Positions 1 to 12,503 of a DNA stretch of 64,000 nucleotides are shown here, in pieces. Each line of letters starts with the position of its first letter. Positions within the stretch are counted from its first letter, which is position 1. The DNA lies in assembly GCA_051294905.1 (NCBI GenBank), contig CM119371.1, forward strand, positions 10,356,001 to 10,420,000, in the 5' to 3' direction. This DNA is from Botryllus schlosseri (lineage: Eukaryota). Under the pieces are notes generated by a model. The model made no database searches. It was given only the letters and a program-made list of their open reading frames with translations, and had not been told where the DNA came from. Position numbers and translations under genes: made by a program.

Positions 1-317
1 ACGTTCCATTATAGCTAAACACCAATGAATTGCGGGTTCGAGCCTGACACGTCGACTCCATAATTCCTACGGAAGTGTTGGCCGTTTATCTAGGCTCCTC
101 TTCGCCATCTGATCCGCATAGCCATGTCTTAAAAAGCCTAGGAGTGGGCCGTGCTATAAGTTGGCAGATGGTTGTCGATGAACTCGGCCGCACAAACTCG
201 GCACTTGGTGAATTCGGCCCTCAGGAAATTTTGAAATGAAGTGTATTTACAGCTATTAATATGAATTATCAAACTAATAATAGTATTATCAAGTGATTCG
301 TCAATCTTGTCAGGTCA

Positions 318-834
318 GGGCATCCGTAGATCACGCAGTCACGGCGTGATTATATCACGTATTGCGTAGCCGCGGGAAATAACGCAGCGCTCATACACTG
401 ACCACGCGCGGTCTGCTTGGAATTGATGGCGTGAGTGACGGGCCTGTGTCGTGTAAGTTTTGAGAAGATGGATCTTGGCGTTGTATGTGAGATGGAAACT
501 GTGGAAGATCAAGCGGCACTTCTTCGTTTATCGATCACGACAAGCCAGTGTTCCTCATCAACAAATGTTTCGCATGATCACGTCAAAATAATTTATTTTT
601 TGCCTTTGGAGAGACGATTCCACTCAAGATTACCAGATCTACCGCGAGCCACGACACGTTTAAATCTCCTTTTTGATACTGTTCATTCATATTAAATGCA
701 TTTCTAATGCGAAGGTGTTCTAGTGCCAATTCCTCCAAGGGCCGAGTTCACCAAGTGAAGAGCGTCGCGTTATTTCCCGCGATTACGCAATCTGTGATCT
801 AATCACGCCGTGACTGTGTGATCTACGCATGCCC
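318..834. mobile_element. MITE with ~75-bp imperfect TIRs
   Basis: 'gggcatccgtagatcacgcagtcacggcgtgatt...' at 318 is the inverted match of '...aatcacgccgtgactgtgtgatctacgcatgccc' ending at 834. No clear TSD. Confidence 0.7.
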
Positions 835-914
835 CCCCGTACAACATTGACAACCACTCAAAGTGCCAAGTTCACCGGCAAACATTCCAGTAACCAATCA
901 TGGTGACCGGTACC

Positions 915-3005
915 CAGGGCTGTGGAGTCGGTAAATTTTACCACCGACTCCGGCTCCGACTCCGACTCCACACATTTTCAATATACCGACTCCGACTCCG
1001 ACTCCGACTCCTGAGTCTTTAAATGTACCGACTCCGACTCCGACTCCGACTCCTGGGTCTTTAAACGTACCGACTCCGACTCCGACTCCCGACTCCGACT
1101 CCAGCATTATTACCAATTTACTTCGAAAATTATATGCCACATTGTCGGTTGAATGACTATCATACAACCATTAAACATATGCAAACATATGATTAACTGT
1201 GGCATGCTAAATTGTTTCATTGTGGCACAGCTCGAATTATCCACTATGCAATTAACATGAAATAAAGATTTGCTAAATGTCCTTCCTTATTCATGTTTTT
1301 ATATAACATGGACTCTCTAATATCCTGAAATGTATGAATCATTCAAATATGGCAGATATCCAATCCTGTATAATAAAAATGTAGATAAAAAATCCAAGTG
1401 TAGCTCTTGTGTATGACTCAGCAACTAATAAAGAAATTGAACTTACTAATTTTGTCATTGCACACTATCCTGATTACAAGCACAAACACTCTTACTACTA
1501 ATAATAGACATTGGTCATAAATGAATTTTAGTTAAGTAGTCAAAGACCATAGCCTATGTCTAGACTACATGTACTTAATCAAGTATTCAAGGATTGGGAC
1601 TTGCAGTCTTTCTTAATCATTTGTTCGACCCAAACAGCTAAGCTACACTACAAATATTTTTAATTTTGTCAAGTGGGAAGCATCGTTTGGTCATATTTAC
1701 ATCATTTTTACAATTTTACAAAACCAGCCGATGCATTTGCTCTGTCACAGTATCATGGTATAATTTCAAAAATTGCATCAATTTTGACTGCATCGCGAAA
1801 ACGCATCTTGCGATTTTCTTCCCCTCTGCAACTGAGTTGTAATTTGCAAGTAATGTCTAATTTTATCTATATCAGGGGTGGGCAACTTTTTCGGCGAAAG
1901 GGACACCTGAGATTTACGAACCATTGCGCGGGCAACTGGAATGTTGATAACTTTTTTTTAGTCGTCGATAGGAGCGAACCGAATTAGGTAACATTGCAAA
2001 CAAGACTTATATTAATACGCTCTAAAATTGATAACAATATGTCATGCAAGTGTGCAGTGTGCAATCAGGCCCTGGCCGCGCAAAGCGCGAAATTTTTTTG
2101 CAAGATAACGACTAAATTAGGCTATAGCTATATCAATAAGTATGTCGCTAACATACATTGGGGGTCGCATCTGTATACCACTGGGCTCATTTGGCAAGGA
2201 CAGGATTATTCGACGTTTAGACATAGCAAAATCGACGGTATCAGTGAACATGCCTCTATCATTTTGTGCAATTGTTTTGTCGACGATCTCGCTGCGAGTG
2301 CACAAGCGAAGCCGTATCTCCTAATTGCGAATATAGTTAGACTCAATTCTGTGAATAATATGTATGAATAATTTTCTGAAGGGGGCTCAAATACTGAATG
2401 CAAGAAATCTAGTGACAATGAATCATGCGAAGTACCGAGAAAAATTTCAAGTCAAATAAACGTGCTATGAAATATTCTACTTCATGGTCATATACGAAGA
2501 TCTGGGATAAATGTGGCTGACCCCTGGTTACGTCAATGCGTCAGAACTGTTGTTTTAGTCGTCATCAAATTTCCCGGTCATGCTAATCAAATTTTGGTTG
2601 GCCTTGCAATTGTACCTGATGTCATAAATAATTTCGAGAATTACCTTGCAGGCCACACGTAACCTTCTCGTGTGCCAAATTTGGTCTGCGTGCCACGGGC
2701 TGGCCGCACCTGATCTGTATGGTTAATAATAACAGTGATTGGTGGTACATAAAAATTATATTGAAAATTCTTTGAAAGCAAATGTTTTCGTGATAGAGAA
2801 GTTAGAGTCGGAGTCGGAGTTGAAGTCATAGTCATACTCACAAACTCCGACTCCGACTCCAGTCAGTATTTTCCCACCGACTCCGACTCCGACTCCGACT
2901 CCAGCTATTATAGTTTTTACGACTCCGACTCCGACTCCATCAAGCGAAAATTACCTAGACTCCGACTCCGACTCCACCGACTCCGACTCCGACTCCACAG
3001 CCCTG
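915..3005. mobile_element. hAT-type non-autonomous element with subterminal (GACTCC)n arrays
   Basis: TIR CAGGGCTGTGGAGTCGG / CCGACTCCACAGCCCTG; perfect 8-bp TSD CCGGTACC (907-914, 3006-3013). Confidence 0.92.
1873..2712. mobile_element. hAT (Buster/Charlie-type) MITE nested in 915-3005
   Basis: CAGGGGTGGGCAAC ... GGCTGGCCGCACCTG ends; TSD ATCTATAT/ATCTGTAT; diverged relative at 61160-62206. Confidence 0.8.
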
Positions 3006-5924
3006 CCGGTACCGCTACGAGATCTACCACGGCCGAATTCACCAAGTGCCGAGTTTGTGCGGCCGAATTCACTGGTAATCGGGCAGATACGGAATAATAA
3101 TAATAAGAACCGGCCTGGTGTAAAATGACCAGTGTAGTCGAACCACCACCATGAACACCACAAACAAACAAACATCTAACATGGAAAAGAAATTACCTTT
3201 ACAGCCTTTGACAAACACAGTTACCATTGAAACAAGCAATTTAGGTCTTATTCGAAAGCAGAATAACAACTGTTTTAGCGGACATATCAAATCAAATGTA
3301 GGAAAGTTCATGTAAAATAGCCCAAAATTTCATCTTACTGTGACCATATTCTATCAATATGGTCTGGCTAGCCAAATTCTCTGGGCCAACATACACAAGC
3401 TGCGTTTGGTTTTAATGATTAATAATCTTGTCACTGGATTCGAGGTATAATTGCACTCAAATATCAAATTTTGCTCCATTAATCAACATCAAGTTGAAAT
3501 GTCCATTATTGCAACAACTTTTATAAAATCACGAATCAGTGTTCAACAGGTATGTATCTATATGACTTGACTTATGTACCTAGAAAATTCAAGCATAAAT
3601 ATTATGATATACCGTAGGTAGGCTTATAGGTAGGCTACTATTGGCACTAGGTACTGGCACTAGGTACTATTAGTACTATAGGCACTATTGCAACAACTCA
3701 CACCAATAAGTCATCTCAAGTCAATTAGAGCTTATTCGAATAAAAAGTACTAAATTTCATTTGAATTCTTCAACACTTTTAACGCGACATGAGTGATGAT
3801 GAGTAATTTCATGTGTTGAAAAACGGATCAATTCAAATTCCGAGTAGCTAAAATAATATAGCTTGGTATAGCACAACCGTTTATAGCTGAAGGTTCAAAT
3901 TCTAGCCCAAGTTCTGGCGGTCCTGCAAAGCGAGGGAATGTAGTCGCTCTTTCTAACGTATTTTGAAACCGCAACCATGTAAAATATTATGGTACTAGTT
4001 CGTATTTCGGTAATTTATCGCTTCAAAACAACATAACATTGCGATAAGATAACGTCATTGAGACACCGTCATATATTCGAACATCACAATGAAAATCTGA
4101 TGTTATTGAGTTACTTTGAAAATTACTTTCTTCCTCAAGTATTGCACGTGGACAACTAGAAATACACATTTATAACATTGCGGAAAAGTTGTGTTGGTTT
4201 TCAATTTCGGTAACGCACCTGTCTCGATCTTCGTCACGCAATAGCTTCCATTTAGTCGGTGCGAAAAGCCTGTCTATGGGTCTGATGCCAACACCGACAT
4301 CGCAATTTGGAATTATACATAGAAAATATCTACTAGAAACATTATGTTTTTTTTCGTCCGTCCGTCCATTCATTCATCCATCCACCCATGCAAATTCATG
4401 TCCATTAAATGAAAACTAACAGAAGACAATATAAAAAGGTCAAGTGAGGAAAATGAATGTCTGTCATGTGCTTATAGCCGACGCTGATACCACAGATCAT
4501 GGTCCGGTAATCTTGAATGGTGACTAGTATTCATTCAGAAGAAGCTGCCTCCATATCAACTTCAATGAATACATGCTCGAAGATTATCTGATTGCGCACA
4601 TCATACTGATCCACAGTCGTGATCGGTTGTACACAATGCATATACTTGATAATAGAGCGATGCGTAATCTTGTAATTTCGTGCCAAATATGTGACAATTA
4701 TACGGCGAGGACGCGCATTTGTTGCACCCAATGCAATATTGATTCCGAAGTTACGATGATATTGAATTTGGCGGGCTAGTTACTGCAGTGGACCTGATAA
4801 ATATACGTGGACTTGCTAGCACTCTCATACATTTTATGTTTAAAACACCACATAACTGTCGTACGACTCTCGATGTTTCAGCGTAAACACAACTTCTCCC
4901 GAATATTTGTGTGTCGGTGGGAGTTCGAATGACATTGCCGAGTTCGGGACGTGCGGATATTTTGCAGGTTGGTGTATTCTGATCCAACGTATATGCTGCG
5001 TATAAAATATTTGATCAAATTCTCAAAATGATTTGGTAGGTTGGCAAGGAGTTTCAAAATCGACCGCCTACGGAGGTTTGCTGACACTGGGCATCCGAGA
5101 AATATCCGAAATAAAATGCAATTTTTTAAACTCAGGTGATGAATACATGGACGGATGGGAGCACTCGACTTCGGATTTATCGTCTACTCTTCTGATATTC
5201 TACCGATAATTGTTTGCATTCATAATCCTATCAGAAACGTATGCCACACTCGCTCATTTTCTCCTATTGCCGTTTCTACATTTGAAATAGAGCAGGGATG
5301 GCAAGTTCTGATAGGAAGAATAATTCATGCAATTTTGGGCGACCGGCAATTGGTCAGATGTGGCATATATCATTTTAGTGTTTATTATTTGGGATAATGT
5401 TCAAAAGTTTGCGTTCGAGCACGGACTTGATAGGTTTTACCCTGTGAATCGTTTGGTATAATGCTAGAAAGGGCTGATAATCTAAGTTTTCGTTACCAAC
5501 ACTTCGGGAATTTTAGCTTACTACCAACCTTGCATTCTGTCGGCAGTGAATTGAAAAGTTAAACATCAAACTAGGATGGACCTTGCGTAGTCGAAAAGTA
5601 TACTGTTTTTGAGACTCCTGTTCAAAATTTCAATCGGTATAGCTTTTGAAAACAAAATAACTCGTTTCTGTCAGCGCTACACTGTTAGACCGGGAATCGG
5701 GCGAAAGCGAGATCGTGAGCTTATATTCTGACTGAGTTGCTCTAACCCTAATCCAACCACAGATGAGATTTTATTTCCCTTGGGAAAGAACGTTTCTGTA
5801 TGGGCTACAAATAACCTCTTAAAAAATTTCCTTGGCTGCTCTGCAATAACGGGTGAAATAAATGAAAACCAATGCAAAATGATATAGATCCAATGAAATA
5901 TTATCACAGAGCTACTATAAAACA

Positions 5925-6256
5925 CGGCCGTTCCCAACCTTTTGCGACTCATCGTCCCTCTATCAAGCTGGACATAAATTTTTGCCCCTCTTCCCATATT
6001 TACGGATCCTAAAAATGGGGCATATCAACTGGACATTTATTCACCAAACTCTGATCGCTGGTGAATTGATTAAAAACGAAAGGTCATTTTTTCGAGTGGA
6101 TGCTCTGAAAACCGGTTTTCGCGTCTACTTACCGTTGAGTTGGCCATAACATTTTCGCCCATCGTCTCCCCCTAATCACCCCTTTGGTATTTTTGCCTCC
6201 CTCGTTTCTCAAAATCCACCACTGGGGGGCGATATCGCCCACGTCGGGAACCACTG
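5925..6256. mobile_element. hAT-type MITE
   Basis: 'gttcccaacct' ... 'gggaaccactg' ends; second copy at ~46875-47245 with the same internal sequence. Confidence 0.7.
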
Positions 6257-6273
6257 ATATAATATGTTATGAT

Positions 6274-7141
6274 TAGGGCGGTTTTTTTTTGACATGTCAA
6301 AATTTGTCAAAATTTTGTCAAAATTGTAGCGTTAGGTCAAAATTTGTCAAAATTTTTCATAAAATTAAAAAAATTTTGACGTCTTCATTTTGTTTGTATC
6401 GTAGATTTAGCACTGTCGGTGAACTTATAATTTGATATTTTACCGCTTTTAGCCTACTGTTGTAAATGGCTAATCGTCTGCTCATTGTGAATCATAAACG
6501 GTAAAAAAAAAAAATAATAGATAGACATGGTGTTATGGTCAATGTACCGCAATATCCTAACTGAAGAAAGACTTCTTGTGCATTGCATCATTCTTATATT
6601 AAGAAGCGCATGATGAAAAATTGTGATGTAGACAACATTGTCAGAATGAAGCAACACGGTGTGTCACCAGCACCAGCAGTGTAAGCACAACTTGAGTGTT
6701 GTCGGCCAACAACTGCTGCTGTTGAACGTCCTTGACAAGCTTCTTAGTAAGGACGTGCACTTTCTACCCAAGAATGTAGGAAAGCATCTCTCGTTGTACT
6801 ACAAAATATTTCAATTATTTCTACCATAATACATATTGTAACCACTGAAATTCTTCATAGGGCCAGATTTCGTTAAAATATTGTTTGTTTTCATGTAAAA
6901 ACATGCCTGTTTCTAAGCCAAAAACGTTTTTTCAGGCCAAACTACTTCGTTAGGACAGTCGGTTCAAACCAGAAATGAAGATAAGTGGTGCAATTTTAAC
7001 ATTATGTGGGAAAACACCTAATTTGCATACGTTAGGTCAAAATTTGGTCAAAATTCAGTTTTTTTAGGTCAAAAAAAGTCAAAATTTGGATTTTTTAGGT
7101 CAAAATTTTCTTTTTTTCAGGTCAAAAAAAAAACCGCCCTG
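6274..7141. mobile_element. hAT-type MITE with subterminal GTCAAAA repeats
   Basis: TIR TAGGGCGGT(T)nGAC / GTC(A)nCCGCCCTG; perfect TSD GTTATGAT (6266-6273, 7142-7149). Confidence 0.9.
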
Positions 7142-8159
7142 GTTATGATAATCGTTTACTCCAATAACATCGGAATGACGCATGTTGCGATTGGTACCGA
7201 GAGCATTTTGATCATTGAATACCATCGAGACAATATCTTATAATAGAGGCAGGGGTGAGGTAGCAGGCAGAAGGTGTTTTACGATACCACATATCCCAAA
7301 GGAATGAATAAAATAGCGTGATTTCAAACAAATAATCCGGATTTTTGTTAAAATTGACAAGCGATTTCATTATTTTCATTTATATCGATCTAACTAAATA
7401 CCCACATCGTTTTGTCCGTACTTACATCTGTAGGCCTACATATGCAGTAAGGGGGAGTTGACGATCTCAAGGCTGACGATCCAGATTTCGGATGAAGTCA
7501 TTGAGACACTAGCCTATAGTTTGGAACAACACAATGAGAATCTTATGTTGTCTGAGGTACCTGGAATATAATTTTATCCCGCATGATGGCGTCAGAGATT
7601 CGTGTTAAAATTTTGCTCATATCCGAATTGTCACTGAAGCTCATGTTCATCAGAACTAGACGTGTTATGAAGGAAATAGAATGCACTAGGCCCAAGTTTG
7701 ACATAAATCTCCTGACTCGACATCTTCCGTTGAACGCGGTATCTAAACCACCTCGGCGTGTACGGCATATTTCCTTCATAATATCGGCTGACAACTATAT
7801 AAAGTTCGATCTCTGCGTGACTGCTGGAGCGTGATGCAACTGTGGAAATTTCAATACATTGCAGCTCCATTACGGTGGTGTTCTGAAGAAAACGGCTGCG
7901 GCCAAAATTTTTCTTTCGTTTTGTCCTTCAATTTGAGACCACATCAATTTTAGAGTGAAGTGCCCCGTTAATATTGAACCGACTATTTTGAGGGTTCCAG
8001 CCATCCCATATCGTATACGTCGGCTATATCAGGTGGTAATCGTCCGTAAGCTCATACTGCATGTTTTGTGGAAAGTATTCACACCATTATGGCATAAATA
8101 TAAAACTTCGAAAAAAACACAATTTTGTTTTTTTCAAGATAGCCTTTGCTTAAAACAGT

Positions 8160-8745
8160 GTTTTAAACGAAGTGCTGGAAACAACAATTTTTTAAAATGC
8201 AACCCTACTGACAATATTGATATTTGTTGAAGCTGTTGATGGCTTTATGGAATCCCCATTGCTCTTGCAGCAACCACGTTCGACATCAAAGATGCTAGCC
8301 GCCGTGTAGCCGATGACATTGCCGTCGCTTTTACTCTGTCATGCAAAGGAAACCAATTCACGCGCACTAGCTGTGCTATCGGTATTATAACTCCGGCAGC
8401 GGAACCGGACAGAAACATGTTGGCCACTAAGAGGCCAAATATTTTCAACAAAAGTCCCATTGTGACCAGTAAAGTGTCGAATCCGATTGGGATACACGCT
8501 AACAAAGTGATTTGCCGAAGGCTGATCCAACCACCGACCACGCAGATCACCACAAAGGTAGTCAGTCTACCGAGAAGATAGGCGATTGCCTGATGGTCGG
8601 TCATGGCTGGTTCGATTCCGAAATATCTCGACGCGATATCGTTGACGGACGAGAAAGATCCAAAACAAAACACATTCAATATCGTTATGAAACAGACTAA
8701 TAAACAGACTGGACGCGCGATGTCTGTCACTCGGTTCAGTTTCAA
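8160..8745 (-). pseudogene. MFS transporter (FLVCR/SLC49-like) pseudogene, N-terminal half (copy 1)
   Basis: Hydrophobic ORF with 'NWFPLHDRVKATAMSS' (WFP-x-x-[ED]R-x-x-A motif of MFS TM4-5). TAA at 8245 replaces the TAT of 'MGIPYSHQ' in the copy at 63049+. Similarity decays by ~8160, and the start region seen in copy 2 is deleted. Confidence 0.8.
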
Positions 8746-8904
8746 ATATTCTGCAATGGCTAATCAATTCAGGAAACGAAAACTCGTGCAAAGCTACGCC
8801 AACGATTACTTCAGCTATCAGCACGAGTAGGATCATTCGTGCCGGTACGGAAAGAAGCAGAGACGACAGACGCTATGAATATCGATTGCTGTGAAATTGG
8901 CAGA

Positions 8905-9230
8905 TTATAGCGTATAGTGGTGAGCGTCGGCGCTATCTACGCAGTTGGCCCGGGTTCAACTCCCATTTTCTTGGTTTATTCTGGGCACCTTGTCTCCCGT
9001 GTCCGCAGTCCTGACGGCTACAAAAATGCCCAGAAAAAGATACGGTAAAGAAAGAAAGAAAAGAGCAAGAAATAATGTCTAAAATGACATGCTAAGACAG
9101 ATTAACATCGAAATGACTGTAATAGCGGACATCAGGCCGAGGTGGATGCTAGATTGGGAAACCAGAACTTGGTCGTTTCGATATCCTTCTATCAGTCTTT
9201 TATATCGCATTGAACATTGTGATTATGTGT
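8905..9230 (+). mobile_element. tRNA-derived SINE (family B)
   Basis: A-box/B-box-like head (tagcgtatagtgg ... gggttcaactccc), GA-rich middle, 3' hairpin and CATTG-like tail. Relatives at 22203-22490, 26145-28700 (interrupted) and 15295-15435 (3' part only). Confidence 0.7.
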
Positions 9231-10634
9231 CTTGGGCAGATGCAAATATAATCCGGCGATGATCGATAAATATTATTGATAATGCGGCTGATGTTGATAC
9301 GTGGCTGTATGAGAAGCATAAAGCTCACTTCTACATGCTATCATTGAGTATTTACCTGAAATCATGATGGCCATGAATCATCAATTCTGGTAAATATTTT
9401 TAAACAGCTCTCGAAGTATCAGTCGAATGAATCTCGAAGCGTTGCTAGTTGTTTCCTTTATTTTAAAATGAATTTAGCATTCGATCTGGAACATAATATT
9501 GGTTGGTTGAATGAATGACTAATCCAACGGTTCTCAGCCACGGTGCCGCAAGAAAATGAGGTAAAGCTATTGTACGACACAGCTCCTTCATGATATCGGT
9601 TGATAGCTCATGATAATGACTTTTCATTTTCCTTTCATTTTTCATTCATATATACACTGGAAACTGCAACGGCGAGTAAATGCTTGCCAGGAATTTGGCG
9701 AAGGGTTAAGGAGTGATGTGGCATATCGACATCACTTAGATCAGGGTTCGTTAACCTATGGCTCGCGAGCCATATATGGCTCTGTGTGTGTGACGTGAAC
9801 ATGACTTGGAGATCCATGTACAATTACGCTCCCTCATCCGCTCTACTGCTAACTTTGATCACGTGGGCGGGGCGAGGATATTAAAAAGGATGGAAAACCT
9901 GCGTTAAAAAATCGATACTATCGATAGGCAATGCATTACCAGTGTGACGTCATCTGTGGTCTTACCTCAAACCCGCTAGGAGAAGCTAAAGAGTCTCCGG
10001 AATTTGGTCCACGAAAATATGGTAACACTATGTATGATTAGCTAAGCTAAATTGACCAATGCTCAACCGCCGTTTTTCATTACGTTGCATGGTCCAAAGT
10101 CGGACAAATGGTTGATTCGTGCGGCCGTTATAACCACACACACCGACTCCCGCAGGTCGAAGTTTTTTGCGTGTGAGTTAAGATTCTGCTAGCATGCATT
10201 TGAACACAAATTTACGAAGTGTACCAAGCGTGCCAAGCGGAATGCTGAATATTTCGAGCAAATTTTTTACCAGAGCTAATAACATTTTTTGAAATTGGCA
10301 AGGTGCATGTTTGTATAGTGCTGTAAATATATTTTCATGTTGCAAGCGCCAAACAGAGATTGGTCCGAATTTGAAATGCAAAGAATTTCACCCAAAGATT
10401 TTATAATGTCGTGAAAAATTGTAATGCATGAAAAAGATTCACAGTGCAGAACTTACCAAGGTTCCTTGGTATACGTAAACCTCCAATTTATCAGGTTCAC
10501 ACACAAAACGCGAAGGTGAACCTCACACTCACACCATCCATAGTACATAGTTGAATTCCCACATCCCCAATACTGTTATGACATATCCATGAATAATCCT
10601 CATTGACTTCGCACATCGCCAATAGTATTATGAC

Positions 10635-12361
10635 TAGGGATGGTGTGAGCGCGAGGTTCACGTTCGCGTTCTGTGTGTGAACGTCAGAAATTTACAGGTT
10701 CACGTTCACAAACGAACCTTGGTAGGTTTTGCACTGTGAACCTTTTTCATATATCGCCATTTTTCGCGTCATTATAACATATTTGGTTGATACTCTTTGC
10801 ATTTCAACTTCACACCACGCTATGCATGGCGCTGGCAGCTTAAAAAACAACAACACCAAGTGCGAAATACACTATACAGTATACACACATGTATAGGTAG
10901 TCAGCGAATGATGCTTATTCAACAAATAAATGGAATTGATATCATTGTCTTATGTAAAAAATCTAGAAGGATTACGGGGTCAATCTTGATTTCACATCTT
11001 TATGGTATCATAAAAACGAACTCCGTGCGGTTGGGGTATTGGCAACTGCTGTATGACTTGTTAATTGAGTAATATCGATAGCAAGCACAGAAACTAGTTC
11101 TACACTCTGCTCAATATCAACGTAGCAATTAGGGATGGTGTGAACTTGAGGTTCACGTTCGCGTTCTGTGTGTGAACCTCGGAAATTTAGAGGTTCGCGT
11201 TCACAACAGAACCTTGGTAGGTTCTGCACTGTGAACCTTTTGGTAAATTGAATTTTCACTCCATTATAAGATCTTTGACTCAAATTTATTGCATTTCAAC
11301 TGCGGGCCACTTCATGCATGGTGCTGGCAGCATAGAAAATCAACGCTAAACGAGCATGCACCATGCACCTCGACAACCTTAAAAGTTTTCCTTGCTTTGT
11401 TGCAAAAATTTTCTCGGAATAACCAGCTTTCCGTTTGTGAATATTTAGTGACTCTCTGCTCTGAGCTTGACCCGCAATCACACAACATCACGAGCGATAT
11501 ATACGCAGTCAGCGAATGATGCTTATTCAACCAATCAATGACATTGATATCGTCTTCTGATTTAAAAAATCGAACGGGCGTACGGGGTCAATCTTGACTT
11601 CATATCTTTACTGTATCATTAAAACCAAATCCGTGCGATTAAGGTGCTCGCTACTGCTGCATAACTTGGTGTTGTTTGTGGCATCGGTAGCGAGTATAGA
11701 AACCCGTTGTACACTCATTTAGCAACGTTTAAAACGCCGATATGTAGTTCAGCATTGTGGCATTATGTGGACCGAGTCTTCGCTAGATATCGTGTACATT
11801 AATATAGGCTATCACTTCATTGGAAGATAGGGTTGGAATTAACAATATGACGTCACGTGACGTCACGAGGTTCACGTTCGTGTTCACACAGAACCTTTCA
11901 AAAAGGTTCGCGTTCACACGAACCTGAACCTTTCAGAGGTTCACACCATCCCTAGTAGCAATACTCGGACGCCGGATACGTTGTCCGATCTGGCCTACAC
12001 CGTTGAGGCGTAAGCTTATATACCCTTGCAAGTCCTCGTCGAAATTGTTGGCAAAGCGATGGAAGATATTAATTTTATGGGATTATTATTTCATTTGATT
12101 GCCCCAGTTGATACATTTGATGACGTTTAAAACGTCAATATGTACTTCAGCATTGTGGCATTATGTGACCAGAGACGTCGCTAGGTATCGTCTACCTACT
12201 ATACATTAATATAAACTATCACTTTATTGAAATTTAGGGTTGGAATTATGAATATGACGTCACGTGACGTCATTAGGTTCACGTTCGCGTTCACACAGAA
12301 CCTTCCAAAGAGGTTCGCGTTCACACGAACCTGAACCTTTCAGAGATTCACACCATCCCTA
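10635..12361. mobile_element. hAT (Ac-type) MITE, 'TAGGGATGG' family
   Basis: TIR TAGGGATGGTGTGA / TCACACCATCCCTA; TSD ATTATGAC (10627-10634, 12362-12369); subterminal GGTTCAC/GTGAACC repeats. Confidence 0.93.
11130..11954. mobile_element. Second 'TAGGGATGG' MITE inserted inside the first
   Basis: Same TIRs; TSD GTAGCAAT (11122-11129, 11955-11962). Confidence 0.93.
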
Positions 12362-12503
12362 ATTATGACATATCAGTGAATAATCCTCGTATACCCTAAT
12401 CTACTCAAATCACTCCAGCTCCCGGTTTGCCCGGCGCCAACTATTACAATTGTCGTAATATTCTCTATAATAAAAGTTTATAGATTGTAATCCTATCATA
12501 GCT

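Larger units (their letters stand above)
169..3081. mobile_element. Non-autonomous DNA transposon with ~50-bp TIRs and 6-bp TSD, containing nested inserts
   Basis: TIRs 'tgaactcggccgcacaaactcggcacttggtgaattcggcc' (~179-219) and its reverse complement (~3031-3071). Flanked by GGCAGA at 163-168 and 3082-3087. Confidence 0.75.
1..3177 (+). mobile_element. tRNA-derived SINE (family A), split by insertions; pieces at ~1-168 and 3082-3177
   Basis: 1-168 aligns by eye with the body of the full copy at 20983-21263 (B-box GGTTCGAG, 'ggctcctc..tccgcata..aaaagccta..gtgggccgtgct'). 3082-3177 is the matching 3' end with an (AAAC)n tail. Confidence 0.75.

Noticed and set aside
898..3175. GVGVG / ESES / RSRS low-complexity ORFs
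   Set aside because: Translations of (GACTCC)n subterminal repeats of a hAT element.
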